Of a stretch of 64,000 nucleotides of DNA, positions 8,530-18,418 are shown one piece after another. The translations under genes were made by a program, and so were the position numbers. This DNA comes from Treponemataceae bacterium (GTDB taxonomy: Bacteria > Spirochaetota > Spirochaetia > Treponematales > Rectinemataceae): contig CAXXHO010000003.1 of the NCBI GenBank assembly GCA_963667725.2, forward strand, positions 2,016,001-2,080,000. The letters are read 5' to 3'. The notes under the pieces are model-generated. The model did no database searches, was not told where the DNA came from, and saw only the letters and a list, made by a program, of their open reading frames with translations. Position 1 is the first letter of the stretch. Each line of letters starts with the position of its first letter.

Positions 8530-9381
8530 ATGCACAGTTTCACCCTCGGTCCCGGCGAACTGGCCGGACATAATGCCGATACGATCTTGCCGGCTTCGGC
8601 GAAAGCCGCCGACAGTTTCGCCACCTTATTCACCATCATCGCGAGGCTGCGCGCCCAGGACGGCTGCCCCTGGGACCGCGAACAGTCACCTTCATCCATC
8701 CGGAACAACATCGTCGAGGAGGCCTATGAACTCGTCGAGGCCATCAACGAAAAAGATCCGGCCCATATCCGCGAGGAGTCGGGCGACCTTTTCATGCTCG
8801 CCACCATGGTGGCTTACATGTTCGAGCAGGAAAAGAGCTTTTCCGTGGCCGAGGCGCTGGATTCCGTATCGGAAAAGCTCGTCCGAAGGCATCCCCACGT
8901 CTTCGGCGAGTCCGACGCGGGGACGCCCGAGGCCGTGGTCGAGCAGTGGAACAGGATCAAGGAAACGAAGGAAGGACGCCGCAAGAAAGATTCCCTTCTC
9001 GACGAGGTGCCCCGCCATCTGCCCCCCCTCGAGCGTGCCTTCAAGATACAGAAAAAAGCCTCCAAAGCCGGCTTCGACTGGACGCGCCTCGACTCGGTCT
9101 GGGACAAGGTGGAAGAGGAGCTCAGGGAATCCAGGGAAGCCTTCGACGCGAAGGACGCGGAAGAACTCGAGGCCGAGATCGGAGACCTGCTCTATTCAGT
9201 CATCAATCTCTCTCGCTTCAACGGGATAGACCCGGCCATCGCCCTCCAGCGCACGAACGACAAGTTCGCCCTGCGCTTCAGGCATGTCGAGAAGCGCATG
9301 AAAGAGGAAAACCTGCCCATGGACCGCGAGCATATGGAAAAAATGGACTTTTTCTGGGAAGAAGCGAAGGAAGGACGATGA
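8530..9381 (+). CDS. mazG: Nucleoside triphosphate pyrophosphohydrolase MazG
   Basis: GCPWDREQ, EEAYE, EESGD, RRHPHVF, KVEEELRE, EIGDLL; tandem MazG domains. Confidence 0.95.
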   Translation: MHSFTLGPGELAGHNADTILPASAKAADSFATLFTIIARLRAQDGCPWDREQSPSSIRNNIVEEAYELVEAINEKDPAHIREESGDLFMLATMVAYMFEQEKSFSVAEALDSVSEKLVRRHPHVFGESDAGTPEAVVEQWNRIKETKEGRRKKDSLLDEVPRHLPPLERAFKIQKKASKAGFDWTRLDSVWDKVEEELRESREAFDAKDAEELEAEIGDLLYSVINLSRFNGIDPAIALQRTNDKFALRFRHVEKRMKEENLPMDREHMEKMDFFWEEAKEGR

Positions 9382-9418
9382 TCAGGCAGCCCTCGTGGCG
9401 AAGGGAAAGCTCAAGGCC

Positions 9419-10780
9419 ATGAAAGATCTGACGAAAGGCAACGAAACCAGACAGCTCATCGACTTCGCCATCCCCATGCTCCTGGGCAATATATTCCAGC
9501 AGTTCTACAACATGGTGGACAGCTTCGTGGTGGGCCGCTTCCTCGGCACCACGGCCTTGGCCGCCGTGGGCACGGCCTTTCCCATAATTTTCTTCATGAT
9601 TGCCCTGATATTGGGCGTGACGATGGGCTCTTCGGTCCTCATCTCGCAGTTTTTCGGCGCCAAAGACGAAAGCAGCCTCAAGAAAGTCATCTCCACCAGC
9701 TATATTTTCCTTTTCGTCGCCGGGCTTGGGCTAACTGTCTTCGGCGTCCTCTCGACGGACTTCATCCTCAGGCTTCTCGCCGTGCCCGACGAGATAATGC
9801 CCGAGGCATCGGCCTACCTGCGGATTACCTTCATCGGCATGCTCGCCATCTTCGGCTACAACGCCGTGGCGGCCATGCTCAGGGGCCTCGGGGACTCGAA
9901 GACTCCGCTCTATGTCCTCATCGCCTCGACCCTCATCAACATCGTCCTCGATCTCGTCTTCGTCATCGTCTTCAAATGGGGCGTGGCGGGCGCAGCCTGG
10001 GCGACCATCATCTCGCAGGCGATCTCGTTCGTTGGGGCCCTCGTCATCCTGGACAGGCGGAACCAGTACGCCAGGCTGGACTTCGCGAACCTGAGGTGGG
10101 ACAAGGCTATCTTCGCGCAGATTCTCAGGATCGGCCTGCCCACGGGCATCCAGCAGACCCTGGTCTCCGTCGGCATGATGGTGCTGTCCAGGATCGTCAA
10201 CGAATTCGGCCCCAACGCGATGGCCGCCTACACGGCGGCTTCCCGCATCGACTCCTTCGCCATGATGCCCGCGATGAATCTCTCTCAGGCGGTGACCACC
10301 TTCGCTGGCCAGAACATCGGCGCGGGGAAGACGGAGCGGGTGCGCCGCGGGCATCTTTCGGCGATCGCCGTCAACACGGCCATCTCGCTCGCGATGACAC
10401 TCTGCGTAGTCTTGTTCGGCCGCCCGCTGATGGGGATTTTTTCGACCGACCCGGCCGTTGTCGCGATAGGAGCCGAGTACCTTCTCATCGTGGGTATTTT
10501 CTACGCGGTCTTCGGGATAATGTTCATCAACAACGGCGTCATGAGGGGAGCCGGCGACGTGTTCATCCCGATGATCAGCAGCCTCCTCGCGCTCTGGATC
10601 GTCAGGGTGCCCTGCGCCCTCCTCTTCACGAGAGTCTTCCACATGGGCACCGACGGCATCTGGTGGTCCATTCCCGCCGGATGGGCGGTGGGCTTCGTTT
10701 TTTCTTCCTGGTATTATCTTTCGGGACGCTGGAAAAACAAGAGCATCGTAAAGCGAGGCCTTCCGATTTCGGAGGAATGA
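9419..10780 (+). CDS. MATE family efflux transporter
   Basis: MKDLTKG...PMLLGNIFQQFYNMVD, LRGLGDSKTP, NIVLD, GVAGAAWAT, GQNIGAG. Confidence 0.95.
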   Translation: MKDLTKGNETRQLIDFAIPMLLGNIFQQFYNMVDSFVVGRFLGTTALAAVGTAFPIIFFMIALILGVTMGSSVLISQFFGAKDESSLKKVISTSYIFLFVAGLGLTVFGVLSTDFILRLLAVPDEIMPEASAYLRITFIGMLAIFGYNAVAAMLRGLGDSKTPLYVLIASTLINIVLDLVFVIVFKWGVAGAAWATIISQAISFVGALVILDRRNQYARLDFANLRWDKAIFAQILRIGLPTGIQQTLVSVGMMVLSRIVNEFGPNAMAAYTAASRIDSFAMMPAMNLSQAVTTFAGQNIGAGKTERVRRGHLSAIAVNTAISLAMTLCVVLFGRPLMGIFSTDPAVVAIGAEYLLIVGIFYAVFGIMFINNGVMRGAGDVFIPMISSLLALWIVRVPCALLFTRVFHMGTDGIWWSIPAGWAVGFVFSSWYYLSGRWKNKSIVKRGLPISEE

Positions 10781-10838
10781 AGCCCGCGCGGGGCCGCGAT
10801 CAATTCCCTCGACGTTCAATACATATTATACTGAATCC

Positions 10839-13064
10839 ATGGCAGCACCTCTGTCGCCTAACCGGCTTAGATCCGCCAGGCATAGCTTCAATATATTCAA
10901 CTTCCTCAATTCATTTTCGTTCGTGTTCGTATCGGGTTCCTTCATCACCCTTTTCGCCATCCGCATGGGAGCGTCCAACGCCATTGTCGGCATCCTGAAC
11001 GCCATCGCCTATTCCACTTTTTTCATGATGCCCATCGGCAAACGCCTCGTCCATAAAAAACCCATCGTATGGATTTTCGGCTGGGCCTGGGTAGCGCGCT
11101 ATACGGCCCTTGTGCCCATACTTTTCGCCCCGATCTTCGCCGCGCGGGGGCACAAAGGCGCGGCCATCGGCCTCCTCATCGCCGGAGCCGCGGGTTTTTC
11201 CTTCTTCAGGGGAGTGGCTCTCATCGGCAACAACCCCGTCGTAGGATTCCTCGCTTCAGGCGGCGGCGAGAAACCCCGCTCAGACCGCGGCGAGTACATG
11301 GTCTCCAATTCCATCATCAATTCCCTGGCTAGCATGATAGGCGGTCTTCTCGTCTCGCTCTTCCTCGGCGAGCAGGCCAATCCCTGGGTATACGCGTTGG
11401 GCGTGGGCATCGGCATAGCGACAGGATACGCCGGATGCATACTGCTCCTTCAGACGCCGGAACCCACCGACTATTCACCGGAAAAGTCCAGTTCGCTCAT
11501 GGAAACCGCCAGGGAGGCCATAAAGGAAGAGCCTTTCCGGCGCTTCATCATCATCTTCATGGCCTTGGCCTTCGTTTCGGGCATGGGCAGGTCCTTCCTG
11601 CCCGTCTACGCTAAGGAAGTCTTCGCCCAGGGCGACGACGCCGTCATGCTCTATGCCCTCATGGCGAGCATCGGGTCGGTCGTGATGGGACTCATAAGCA
11701 GGCTGGTCGTCGACAGGCTGGGTTCCAAGCCACTGTTCATAATCTTCTCCGCCATCGGGCTCTTCAGCTTCATCCCGATCGCCATGCTGCCCGGCGGCGC
11801 TTTCATCGCCTCCAGCACGGTCACGGCCCTCTTTCTGGCCTTCATCCACTTTGTCGCCAATTTCGGTTTCGCCGGAGAGGAGAATTCCGCGCAAACCTAC
11901 TATTTCACCCTCGTTCCCAAGGAAAAAACCCTCGACCTCTCGGTGGTCTATTATTTTGCCTATGGCCTGGGGGGAGCGATCGGCTCAGGCGTGGGCGGTC
12001 TCATTCTGGATGGGTTCATCGCGCTGGGCCTGAACGCGCCGGGTTCGTACCGCCTGCTCTACGCCCTTCTGTGCGTCATTCTCGTCGTCGCTCTCTTTTC
12101 TATGCAGAAGCTGAAGCGTCTGGGATCGAGAAGCGTCAGCCAGTCCCTCGGCGTCATGCTCTCGCCTCGCGACCTGAAGGCCTTCGATCTTCTGGCAAGG
12201 TTGGACCGCAGCGAGAATCCCAACCAGGAGATAAAGCTTATCCAGGAGCTGGGCCACTCCATGTCCATGCTTTCCCAGGATGAGCTGATCGACTATCTCC
12301 GTTCGCCGCGCTTCGAGGTGCGGATGGAAGCCCTTCTCGCCTTCGAAACCATGCCGCATCTTTCGCCCAAGGTTATCCGCTCCCTCATGAGGGAAGCGGA
12401 AACGCACACCTTCACGACTTCCTATGTCGCCGCCAGGATACTGGGCAAAAGTCAGAGCCCCGACGCCATACCCACGCTCCGCAAAGCGATGGAAGCCGAA
12501 GACTATATGCTCCAGGGAACGGCGATGATCGCGCTGGCCAGAATCGGCGACGTCGACTCCATCCCCCTCATCGAATCCATTCTGACGAGGACCAGGAACC
12601 CGCGCGTGAAGATCTCGGCCGTCGTAGCCCTGGAGCTGATGCAGTCCAGGGCTTCCCTGCCCGTCCTCGTGTCGAGCCTGAGCAGGGACGACCCGCCGGC
12701 CTTCGTCTCCGACGAGATAATACTGGCCATGGCCAGCATCATGGGCATCATGAAGGAATTCTATCCGCTCTACTCGATGTTTATAGAGGATGAGGCTCAG
12801 GGATTGGCCCTCCTGGAATCCACGGCACGGGATATCATCGTCGACGAAAGGACGATGAAAGAATGGAAGGAAGGGGTAACGAGGATTTTCGATCCCGTGG
12901 AACCGGACGGAAGGAAGATCGCCGCATTTATCGTCAGGACAGGAAATGATCCCCGGACGGAAGTCGTGCTCGGGGAGGCTATGCTCGAACCTCAGCTATG
13001 CTACGGCGGGGGAAGGTTTCTCGCGGCCGCCTATCCTCTCTTCGTCAAGCATAGGGGGCCCTGA
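10839..13064 (+). CDS. MFS transporter fused to a C-terminal HEAT-repeat domain
   Basis: About 12 TM N-terminal region with the MFS loop motif LVVDRLGSKP; C-terminal helical repeats (VRMEALLAF, AARILGK, AMIALARIGD, VKISAVVALE). Confidence 0.8.
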   Translation: MAAPLSPNRLRSARHSFNIFNFLNSFSFVFVSGSFITLFAIRMGASNAIVGILNAIAYSTFFMMPIGKRLVHKKPIVWIFGWAWVARYTALVPILFAPIFAARGHKGAAIGLLIAGAAGFSFFRGVALIGNNPVVGFLASGGGEKPRSDRGEYMVSNSIINSLASMIGGLLVSLFLGEQANPWVYALGVGIGIATGYAGCILLLQTPEPTDYSPEKSSSLMETAREAIKEEPFRRFIIIFMALAFVSGMGRSFLPVYAKEVFAQGDDAVMLYALMASIGSVVMGLISRLVVDRLGSKPLFIIFSAIGLFSFIPIAMLPGGAFIASSTVTALFLAFIHFVANFGFAGEENSAQTYYFTLVPKEKTLDLSVVYYFAYGLGGAIGSGVGGLILDGFIALGLNAPGSYRLLYALLCVILVVALFSMQKLKRLGSRSVSQSLGVMLSPRDLKAFDLLARLDRSENPNQEIKLIQELGHSMSMLSQDELIDYLRSPRFEVRMEALLAFETMPHLSPKVIRSLMREAETHTFTTSYVAARILGKSQSPDAIPTLRKAMEAEDYMLQGTAMIALARIGDVDSIPLIESILTRTRNPRVKISAVVALELMQSRASLPVLVSSLSRDDPPAFVSDEIILAMASIMGIMKEFYPLYSMFIEDEAQGLALLESTARDIIVDERTMKEWKEGVTRIFDPVEPDGRKIAAFIVRTGNDPRTEVVLGEAMLEPQLCYGGGRFLAAAYPLFVKHRGP

Positions 13065-13079
13065 GACCGATAAGGGAAA

Positions 13080-13373
13080 TCAGGCGAGCTCTATGGCTCG
13101 CTTTTCGGGATCGGGATTCTGTTTGTAGAAAATCGCCGTATTGCCGATAATCCGCACGAGTTCGCTCTTGGTCGAGACGGCCAGTTCGGCCGCTATCGTC
13201 TTCTTCTCTTCCTTGAAATCCATGAATTTCACTTTGATGAGTTCGTGCTGCGCGAGGAGCGCGGCAAGTTGCTGGACAAAGGCCGCGGTGGGTCCGCCTT
13301 TGCCGAGATGGGTTACAACCGCGTCCGTGGACGCCATTCCGGCGAGATAGCTTCGTTGCTTGGTGCTCAACAT
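13080..13373 (-). CDS. yhbY: YhbY/CRM-domain RNA-binding protein
   Basis: LSTKQRSYL, LGKGG, HELIKVKF, VRIIGNTAIFY. Confidence 0.9.
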   Translation of the reverse strand: MLSTKQRSYLAGMASTDAVVTHLGKGGPTAAFVQQLAALLAQHELIKVKFMDFKEEKKTIAAELAVSTKSELVRIIGNTAIFYKQNPDPEKRAIELA

Positions 13374-13388
13374 ATGGGTTCCTCCATG

Positions 13389-13982
13389 TCAGAAAGGCAG
13401 GGAAAGAAGCAGGGAGCCGAGTATCTTCACCAAGGCGCCGCCCGCCGCCCTGAAAAGGATCAGGACGAGGAAGCCGGTGATGAGGCCCTGCAGGTAATCG
13501 ATGGCCTTGTTGCGATATATGACTTTATTGATGCGATAGAGTATGGGATTGAGGATGGCGTCCACGACTACCCATACGGGATGGAGGCTGTTCCAGCGGG
13601 CGACGAATACGATGGTTCTGACGAGGGCGCAGGCGGACACGAAGGAAAGGACAAAGGAGAGGGCTGACCAGCCGGCGCCGAGGATGAGACTGAGAAAGAA
13701 GCCAAAAGTGATTTTGCCCGAGAAGGCGATGGTGGTGAACATGTTGTTGGCCACGGAAAGAACGGCCAGAGCCGCGATGGGGCTAAAATCGAATCGTTCC
13801 GTCCTGAACAGCTTTATTCCCGAAAACACCCTCAGGAAGGGATCGACGATGGAAGCGAGCAGGTCTCCCGCCCTTCCCATATTCAGGCCTGGCGCCCAGG
13901 CCATGAAGACGCGCAGCGCGCAGAGAAGCATATACAGGGAGGTTACCGCTCCCAAAATTTTCGCGATGATGCTGAGAAGCAT
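13389..13982 (-). CDS. yggT: YggT family membrane protein
   Basis: Two YGGT repeats; DPFL...FDFSPIAAL. Confidence 0.8.
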   Translation of the reverse strand: MLLSIIAKILGAVTSLYMLLCALRVFMAWAPGLNMGRAGDLLASIVDPFLRVFSGIKLFRTERFDFSPIAALAVLSVANNMFTTIAFSGKITFGFFLSLILGAGWSALSFVLSFVSACALVRTIVFVARWNSLHPVWVVVDAILNPILYRINKVIYRNKAIDYLQGLITGFLVLILFRAAGGALVKILGSLLLSLPF

Positions 13983-14147
13983 TGAGCAAGCCTCCGAAAA
14001 AAGTGTCGGCCGCGATCATTCCGCGCCGCGGGAAAATTCCCGCCCAAGGCGGAAACAGTTTCGTTAAAAGATATACACAATCCCGCATTTGAGCAACTGT
14101 TTCAAAACGCTCCGAAGCATGGTAGAATCGGTCAAGGGAGAGGCTGA

Positions 14148-14945
14148 ATGGAAGGGAACCGCTTCTACATCGGCACATGCGGCTATTCCTACGAAGACTG
14201 GCGCGAAGTGTTCTATCCCAAGGACCTGCGCCAGACGGAATTCCTGCGCTTCTACTCCCTCGTGTTTCCCTTCGTCGAACTGGACTTCTCCTGGTACGCG
14301 ATGCCCAAGCCGGAGAATCTCGAAGCCATGGCCAGGCAGACCAATCCCGACTTTCTTTTTTCGCTCAAGGCGCATAAAAGCCTGACCCATGAGATCGGCG
14401 AAGAATGGCAGAAGAGCGCCGATCAGTTCGCGACGGCGGTGAATGTCCTGGCATCGCAGGGGAGGCTCGCCTCCATCCTCATTCAGCTTCCCTTCCGCTT
14501 CTCCTATACGGCGGACAACAGAAGATATCTGGGCGAGCTGTGTTCGGCGCTTTCGGCTTTTCCCCTTGTCGTCGAATTCAGGAACGAGGTCTGGTACCAG
14601 CAGAGAGTTTTCGATGAACTCGCGAAAAGAAACATAACGCTCGCGATGCTGGACAGGCCCGATCTTCCGGGGCTTCCCCCCGAATCGCAGATTCACACCT
14701 CAAGCACGGCCTATTATCGTCTTCATGGAAGAAACGCCGATCAGTGGTGGAATGGAAACGCCACCTCCCGCTACGACTACGACTACTCGGCCCAGGAGCT
14801 CAAGGAAAGAGCCCGTTCGCTCATCGCCATCGCGCAGAAATCGGAACAGGTTTTCGTCGCTTTCAACAATCACGCGAGAGGGAACGCGGTAAAGAACGCC
14901 CGTGCCCTGATCGCCCTCATTAAGGAACTTTTCATTCAGGCATGA
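14148..14945 (+). CDS. DUF72 family protein (YecE/YunF-like)
   Basis: IGTCGYSYEDW...FYP, VELDFSWYAMP, VEFRN, YYRLHGRN, YDYDYS, FNNH. Confidence 0.92.
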   Translation: MEGNRFYIGTCGYSYEDWREVFYPKDLRQTEFLRFYSLVFPFVELDFSWYAMPKPENLEAMARQTNPDFLFSLKAHKSLTHEIGEEWQKSADQFATAVNVLASQGRLASILIQLPFRFSYTADNRRYLGELCSALSAFPLVVEFRNEVWYQQRVFDELAKRNITLAMLDRPDLPGLPPESQIHTSSTAYYRLHGRNADQWWNGNATSRYDYDYSAQELKERARSLIAIAQKSEQVFVAFNNHARGNAVKNARALIALIKELFIQA

Positions 14946-15330
14946 GTTGGGGTGTGTTCAGGCATTTGTCGAAGCTTTCGCGCGATCCGAGATTCTCCTT
15001 GCGAAAAATCAGGCAGCCTTCCATGCCGAGCACCATGAGGACGACGCGGTCCAGCGCTTCGGAATTCAGCGAAAGGAGGTTCCAGAGACAATCCCTGCCC
15101 CTTTCTTCCTCTATGGTCCTGACGATGAGCTCCAGGTAGCCGCCTTCGTGAAGGACGGCGGAGATCCATCCCGTTTTCTTGACGAATTCGGCGGTGTTCG
15201 TCGCGCCAGAAGCGATGGCTGGATGGGAAGATATCCAGGAGCTGTGGAAACCCGGAATTTTGATGACCCTGCCGTCGGGCAGGATCCACGAAGCCCCATG
15301 GACCAGGTCGTAAAGTTTGGTGGGAGCCAT
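14932..15330 (-). CDS. Hypothetical protein, translationally coupled to the RluA-family gene
   Basis: 132-aa ORF with protein-like composition; ATG overlaps the upstream TGA. Confidence 0.65.
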   Translation of the reverse strand: MAPTKLYDLVHGASWILPDGRVIKIPGFHSSWISSHPAIASGATNTAEFVKKTGWISAVLHEGGYLELIVRTIEEERGRDCLWNLLSLNSEALDRVVLMVLGMEGCLIFRKENLGSRESFDKCLNTPQLMPE

Positions 15331-16073
15331 CAGCGCGCCTCTCTTGTTTTGATATCGATCATCGGGGAATCATTGGATATCGCTAGAGTGTCGGATATGG
15401 CCGGGGCGTCGGGGCAGCGCCCGAGAAAATCGGAAAAATGCGGAGGAAGGGAGGAGAGCAGCGGCGGGTATCCCGGAATCTCCAATCTGCATGCCCAAAG
15501 GAGAAGATGCTTTACGCCCATTGTCTTTTTCAGTTGCCTGTTCAGGGAGAAATTGCCATACTTGTCGTCGCCGAGGATGGGATGCCCGTGCATGGCTGTA
15601 TGCCGCCTGATCTGATGAGTGCGCCCGCTGCCCAATTCCAGTTCAAGCAGGGAATAGGCGGGCGCCGCGTTTGCCTCGGTACCGGGCGCCGCGGCAGCCT
15701 GCGTCACGCCGAATCGAGCGAGGCAGGCATAGCGGGTCAGTGCGCTCAGGTTTTTCCCTCCGATGGAGAGGTCGTCGGCATAGCTTCCCCTGTCGCGGGA
15801 GGGAGATCCAAAACAGATGGCGCGATAGAATTTGCCGATGCTTCGTTCGCCGAGAAGAATCGACCAGCGCGCGGCCGCGGAAGCGTTCTTGGCCAGCATC
15901 ATGCAGCCGGCGGTTTCCTTATCCAGGCGGTGGAGGGGAAAAGGGCTGAAACCCAGCTTGCTTTCCACGACTGAAATCACCGAACTTCCGACGCGTTCGC
16001 CCGGCTGAGCCGGCAGTCCGGCGGGTTTGTCGACAATGAGGATTTCGTCATTCTCGAAAAGGATTGGGATCAT
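15330..16073 (-). CDS. RluA-family RNA pseudouridine synthase
   Basis: ILFENDEILIVDKPAGL, HRLDKETAG (catalytic Asp), GRTHQIR, HPILGDDKYG; start set at ATG 16073. Confidence 0.92.
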   Translation of the reverse strand: MIPILFENDEILIVDKPAGLPAQPGERVGSSVISVVESKLGFSPFPLHRLDKETAGCMMLAKNASAAARWSILLGERSIGKFYRAICFGSPSRDRGSYADDLSIGGKNLSALTRYACLARFGVTQAAAAPGTEANAAPAYSLLELELGSGRTHQIRRHTAMHGHPILGDDKYGNFSLNRQLKKTMGVKHLLLWACRLEIPGYPPLLSSLPPHFSDFLGRCPDAPAISDTLAISNDSPMIDIKTREAR

Positions 16074-16275
16074 CAACGACAAGCGTACCGGAGATGCCGG
16101 GCAATTTGCAAGCGTATAACCTATAATCGATCGGGTATTCGGCGTCGCTGGGGACAAGAAGGAAAAGCGGGGCCTGCTGATAGTATCCATAGAACAGTAT
16201 TTTGCTTATATTACTGTATAGTACTGTATTGCGCATTTAATCCGGTTTCATTACATTTTAAAACAAGAGGCTTAG

Positions 16276-18414
16276 ATGAAAACACGTCGTTTTATCTTGT
16301 TGTTCGTGCTGCTGTTCGCCGCCGGGGCTTTGGCCTGGGCGGGAGAGGCGAAAGAGGCTGACCTGACATCGCAGATGACCATCCTCGTGCTTCAGCTCGC
16401 CATTCTGATATTCGCGGTGAGGGGAGGCGGGGCCCTCGCCCAGCTGCTCAAGCTCCCCTCGGTTATAGGGGAACTCCTGGCCGGCGTCCTCATAGGACCC
16501 TACGCCCTCGGAGCCCTTCCCCTGCCGGGCTTCATCGATGGGCTCTTCCCGCTTACGTCGGGATTCGCCATCAGTCCCGTGCTCTATGCCTTTTCCACGG
16601 TAGCGTCAATTATCCTGCTCTTCTCGTCAGGCCTCGAGACGGACATGGACATGCTCATTCATTACTCTCTCGCCGGCAGCGTCGTCGGCCTGGGCGGCGT
16701 CATCGCCTCCTTCGGACTAGGCGCCGGCGTTGGAGCCCTTCTCCTTCACCAATCCTTTTTCTCGCCGGCGGCCATGTTCCTCGGCATAATGAGCACAGCC
16801 ACCTCGGTGGGCATCACCGCGAGGATACTCTCCGACAGGAAAAAGATGGATTCGCCCGAGGGCGTGACGATTCTCGCGGCTGCTGTCTTCGACGACGTAC
16901 TCGGCATCGTATGCCTGGCCGTCGTGATGGGCATCGTCGCGGCCATGACGGGCCACGCGGAGGAAGGACTGTCCACGATGAGCATCGTGGGCATAGCTCT
17001 CAAGGCCTTCGGGATCTGGCTGGGATTCACGGCGCTCGGCCTTGTGTTCGGGAAAAAGATTTCCGCATTCCTTAAAAAACTGGGAGGCGAGGCCACGTAT
17101 TCGGTCCTCGCCTTGGGTATTGCCCTTCTGCTCGCCGGCTTCTTCGAAATGCAGGGTCTCGCGATGATCATCGGCGCCTACATCGTCGGCATCAGCCTAT
17201 CGAAGACTGACATCGCCTATCTCATACAGGACAAGACGAAGCCGCTCTACGATTTCTTCGTCCCCATATTCTTCGCCATCATGGGCATGCTTGTCGATGT
17301 CAGGCAGATCCTCAACCCCACCGTCCTTATATTCGGACTAGCCTACACGGTGGCCGCCGTTCTCGCGAAGGTCCTCGGCTGCGGCCTTCCCGCCCTCTTC
17401 CTCGGCTTCAACATGAGGGGCTCGCTGCGCATTGGCATCGGCATGGTGCCCCGCGGCGAAGTGGCGCTCATCGTCGCCGGTATAGGCCTTTCGGGCGGCA
17501 TCCTCGATCCCTCGATTTTCGGGGTGGCCATCCTCATGATCATGGTCACGAGCATAGCGGCGCCGCCTCTGTTCAGCGCGAGCATCTCCAGCGGAGGAGC
17601 CGGAACGCGCAAGCCAGCCAAGGGCGCGAAAACCGAATCCATCAGCATCCAGCTTCCCGGCAATGAAATCACCGAGTTGGTATCCTCTACCTTTCTCAGG
17701 GACCTGCAGCGAGAGGGCTTCTTTGTCCAGCTCATGAGCATCAGGGACGAAATCAGCCACATCCGCAAGGGCGATGTCGCCATATCCCTCGTGACGAACA
17801 GGAACGAAATAACCCTCGAAACGGCGCCCGAGGACATGTCCTTCGCCAAGGCGGCCCTCTACGAAACCCTCGTGAAGCTGGACGCTAATTTCGACAAGCT
17901 CAAGGAAATCTACGACCCGGAAAAATTCCGCACCGACATCCATGTCGAATCCGGGCGCAAGGACACGACGTTCAGACGCCTTCTCAACCCCCGCTGCGTG
18001 ACATCGTCGCTCAAGGGGACTACCAAACAGGAAGTGATCGAGGAATTGATAGGAATGCTGGATAAAGCGGGCTATATCAAGGACAGGAACATGATCCTTA
18101 AGGATATCATGGAGCGCGAAGCCAGGATGAGCACCGGCATGGAACATGGCATAGCCCTACCCCATGCGAGGACCTATGGCATCACGACGCAGACCTTGGC
18201 CATCGGAATCCACAAGGAAGGCATCGATTTCGGCACTATAGACGGCACGCCGGGCAGAATCATCGCCCTGATCGCCAGCCCCGCCGACGACGAGGCGCCG
18301 CACATGCAGATTCTGGCCAGCCTGGGCGCTGTATTGGGCGACGACGACACGAGGCGTCGCCTCATCGCCACCGAAACCGACCAGGAAGTCTTCGAGATAC
18401 TGACCGCCGGCTGA
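16276..18414 (+). CDS. CPA2 cation:proton antiporter (NapA-like) fused to a C-terminal PTS EIIA (fructose/Ntr-type) domain
   Basis: SATSVGITARIL, AAVFDDVLG, MVPRGEV; C-terminal REARMSTGMEHGIALPHAR; GAGG RBS. Confidence 0.9.
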   Translation: MKTRRFILLFVLLFAAGALAWAGEAKEADLTSQMTILVLQLAILIFAVRGGGALAQLLKLPSVIGELLAGVLIGPYALGALPLPGFIDGLFPLTSGFAISPVLYAFSTVASIILLFSSGLETDMDMLIHYSLAGSVVGLGGVIASFGLGAGVGALLLHQSFFSPAAMFLGIMSTATSVGITARILSDRKKMDSPEGVTILAAAVFDDVLGIVCLAVVMGIVAAMTGHAEEGLSTMSIVGIALKAFGIWLGFTALGLVFGKKISAFLKKLGGEATYSVLALGIALLLAGFFEMQGLAMIIGAYIVGISLSKTDIAYLIQDKTKPLYDFFVPIFFAIMGMLVDVRQILNPTVLIFGLAYTVAAVLAKVLGCGLPALFLGFNMRGSLRIGIGMVPRGEVALIVAGIGLSGGILDPSIFGVAILMIMVTSIAAPPLFSASISSGGAGTRKPAKGAKTESISIQLPGNEITELVSSTFLRDLQREGFFVQLMSIRDEISHIRKGDVAISLVTNRNEITLETAPEDMSFAKAALYETLVKLDANFDKLKEIYDPEKFRTDIHVESGRKDTTFRRLLNPRCVTSSLKGTTKQEVIEELIGMLDKAGYIKDRNMILKDIMEREARMSTGMEHGIALPHARTYGITTQTLAIGIHKEGIDFGTIDGTPGRIIALIASPADDEAPHMQILASLGAVLGDDDTRRRLIATETDQEVFEILTAG

Positions 18415-18418
18415 AATT

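Noticed and set aside
16212..16229. LexA/SOS box
   Set aside because: Half-sites are direct repeats, not CTGT-N8-ACAG
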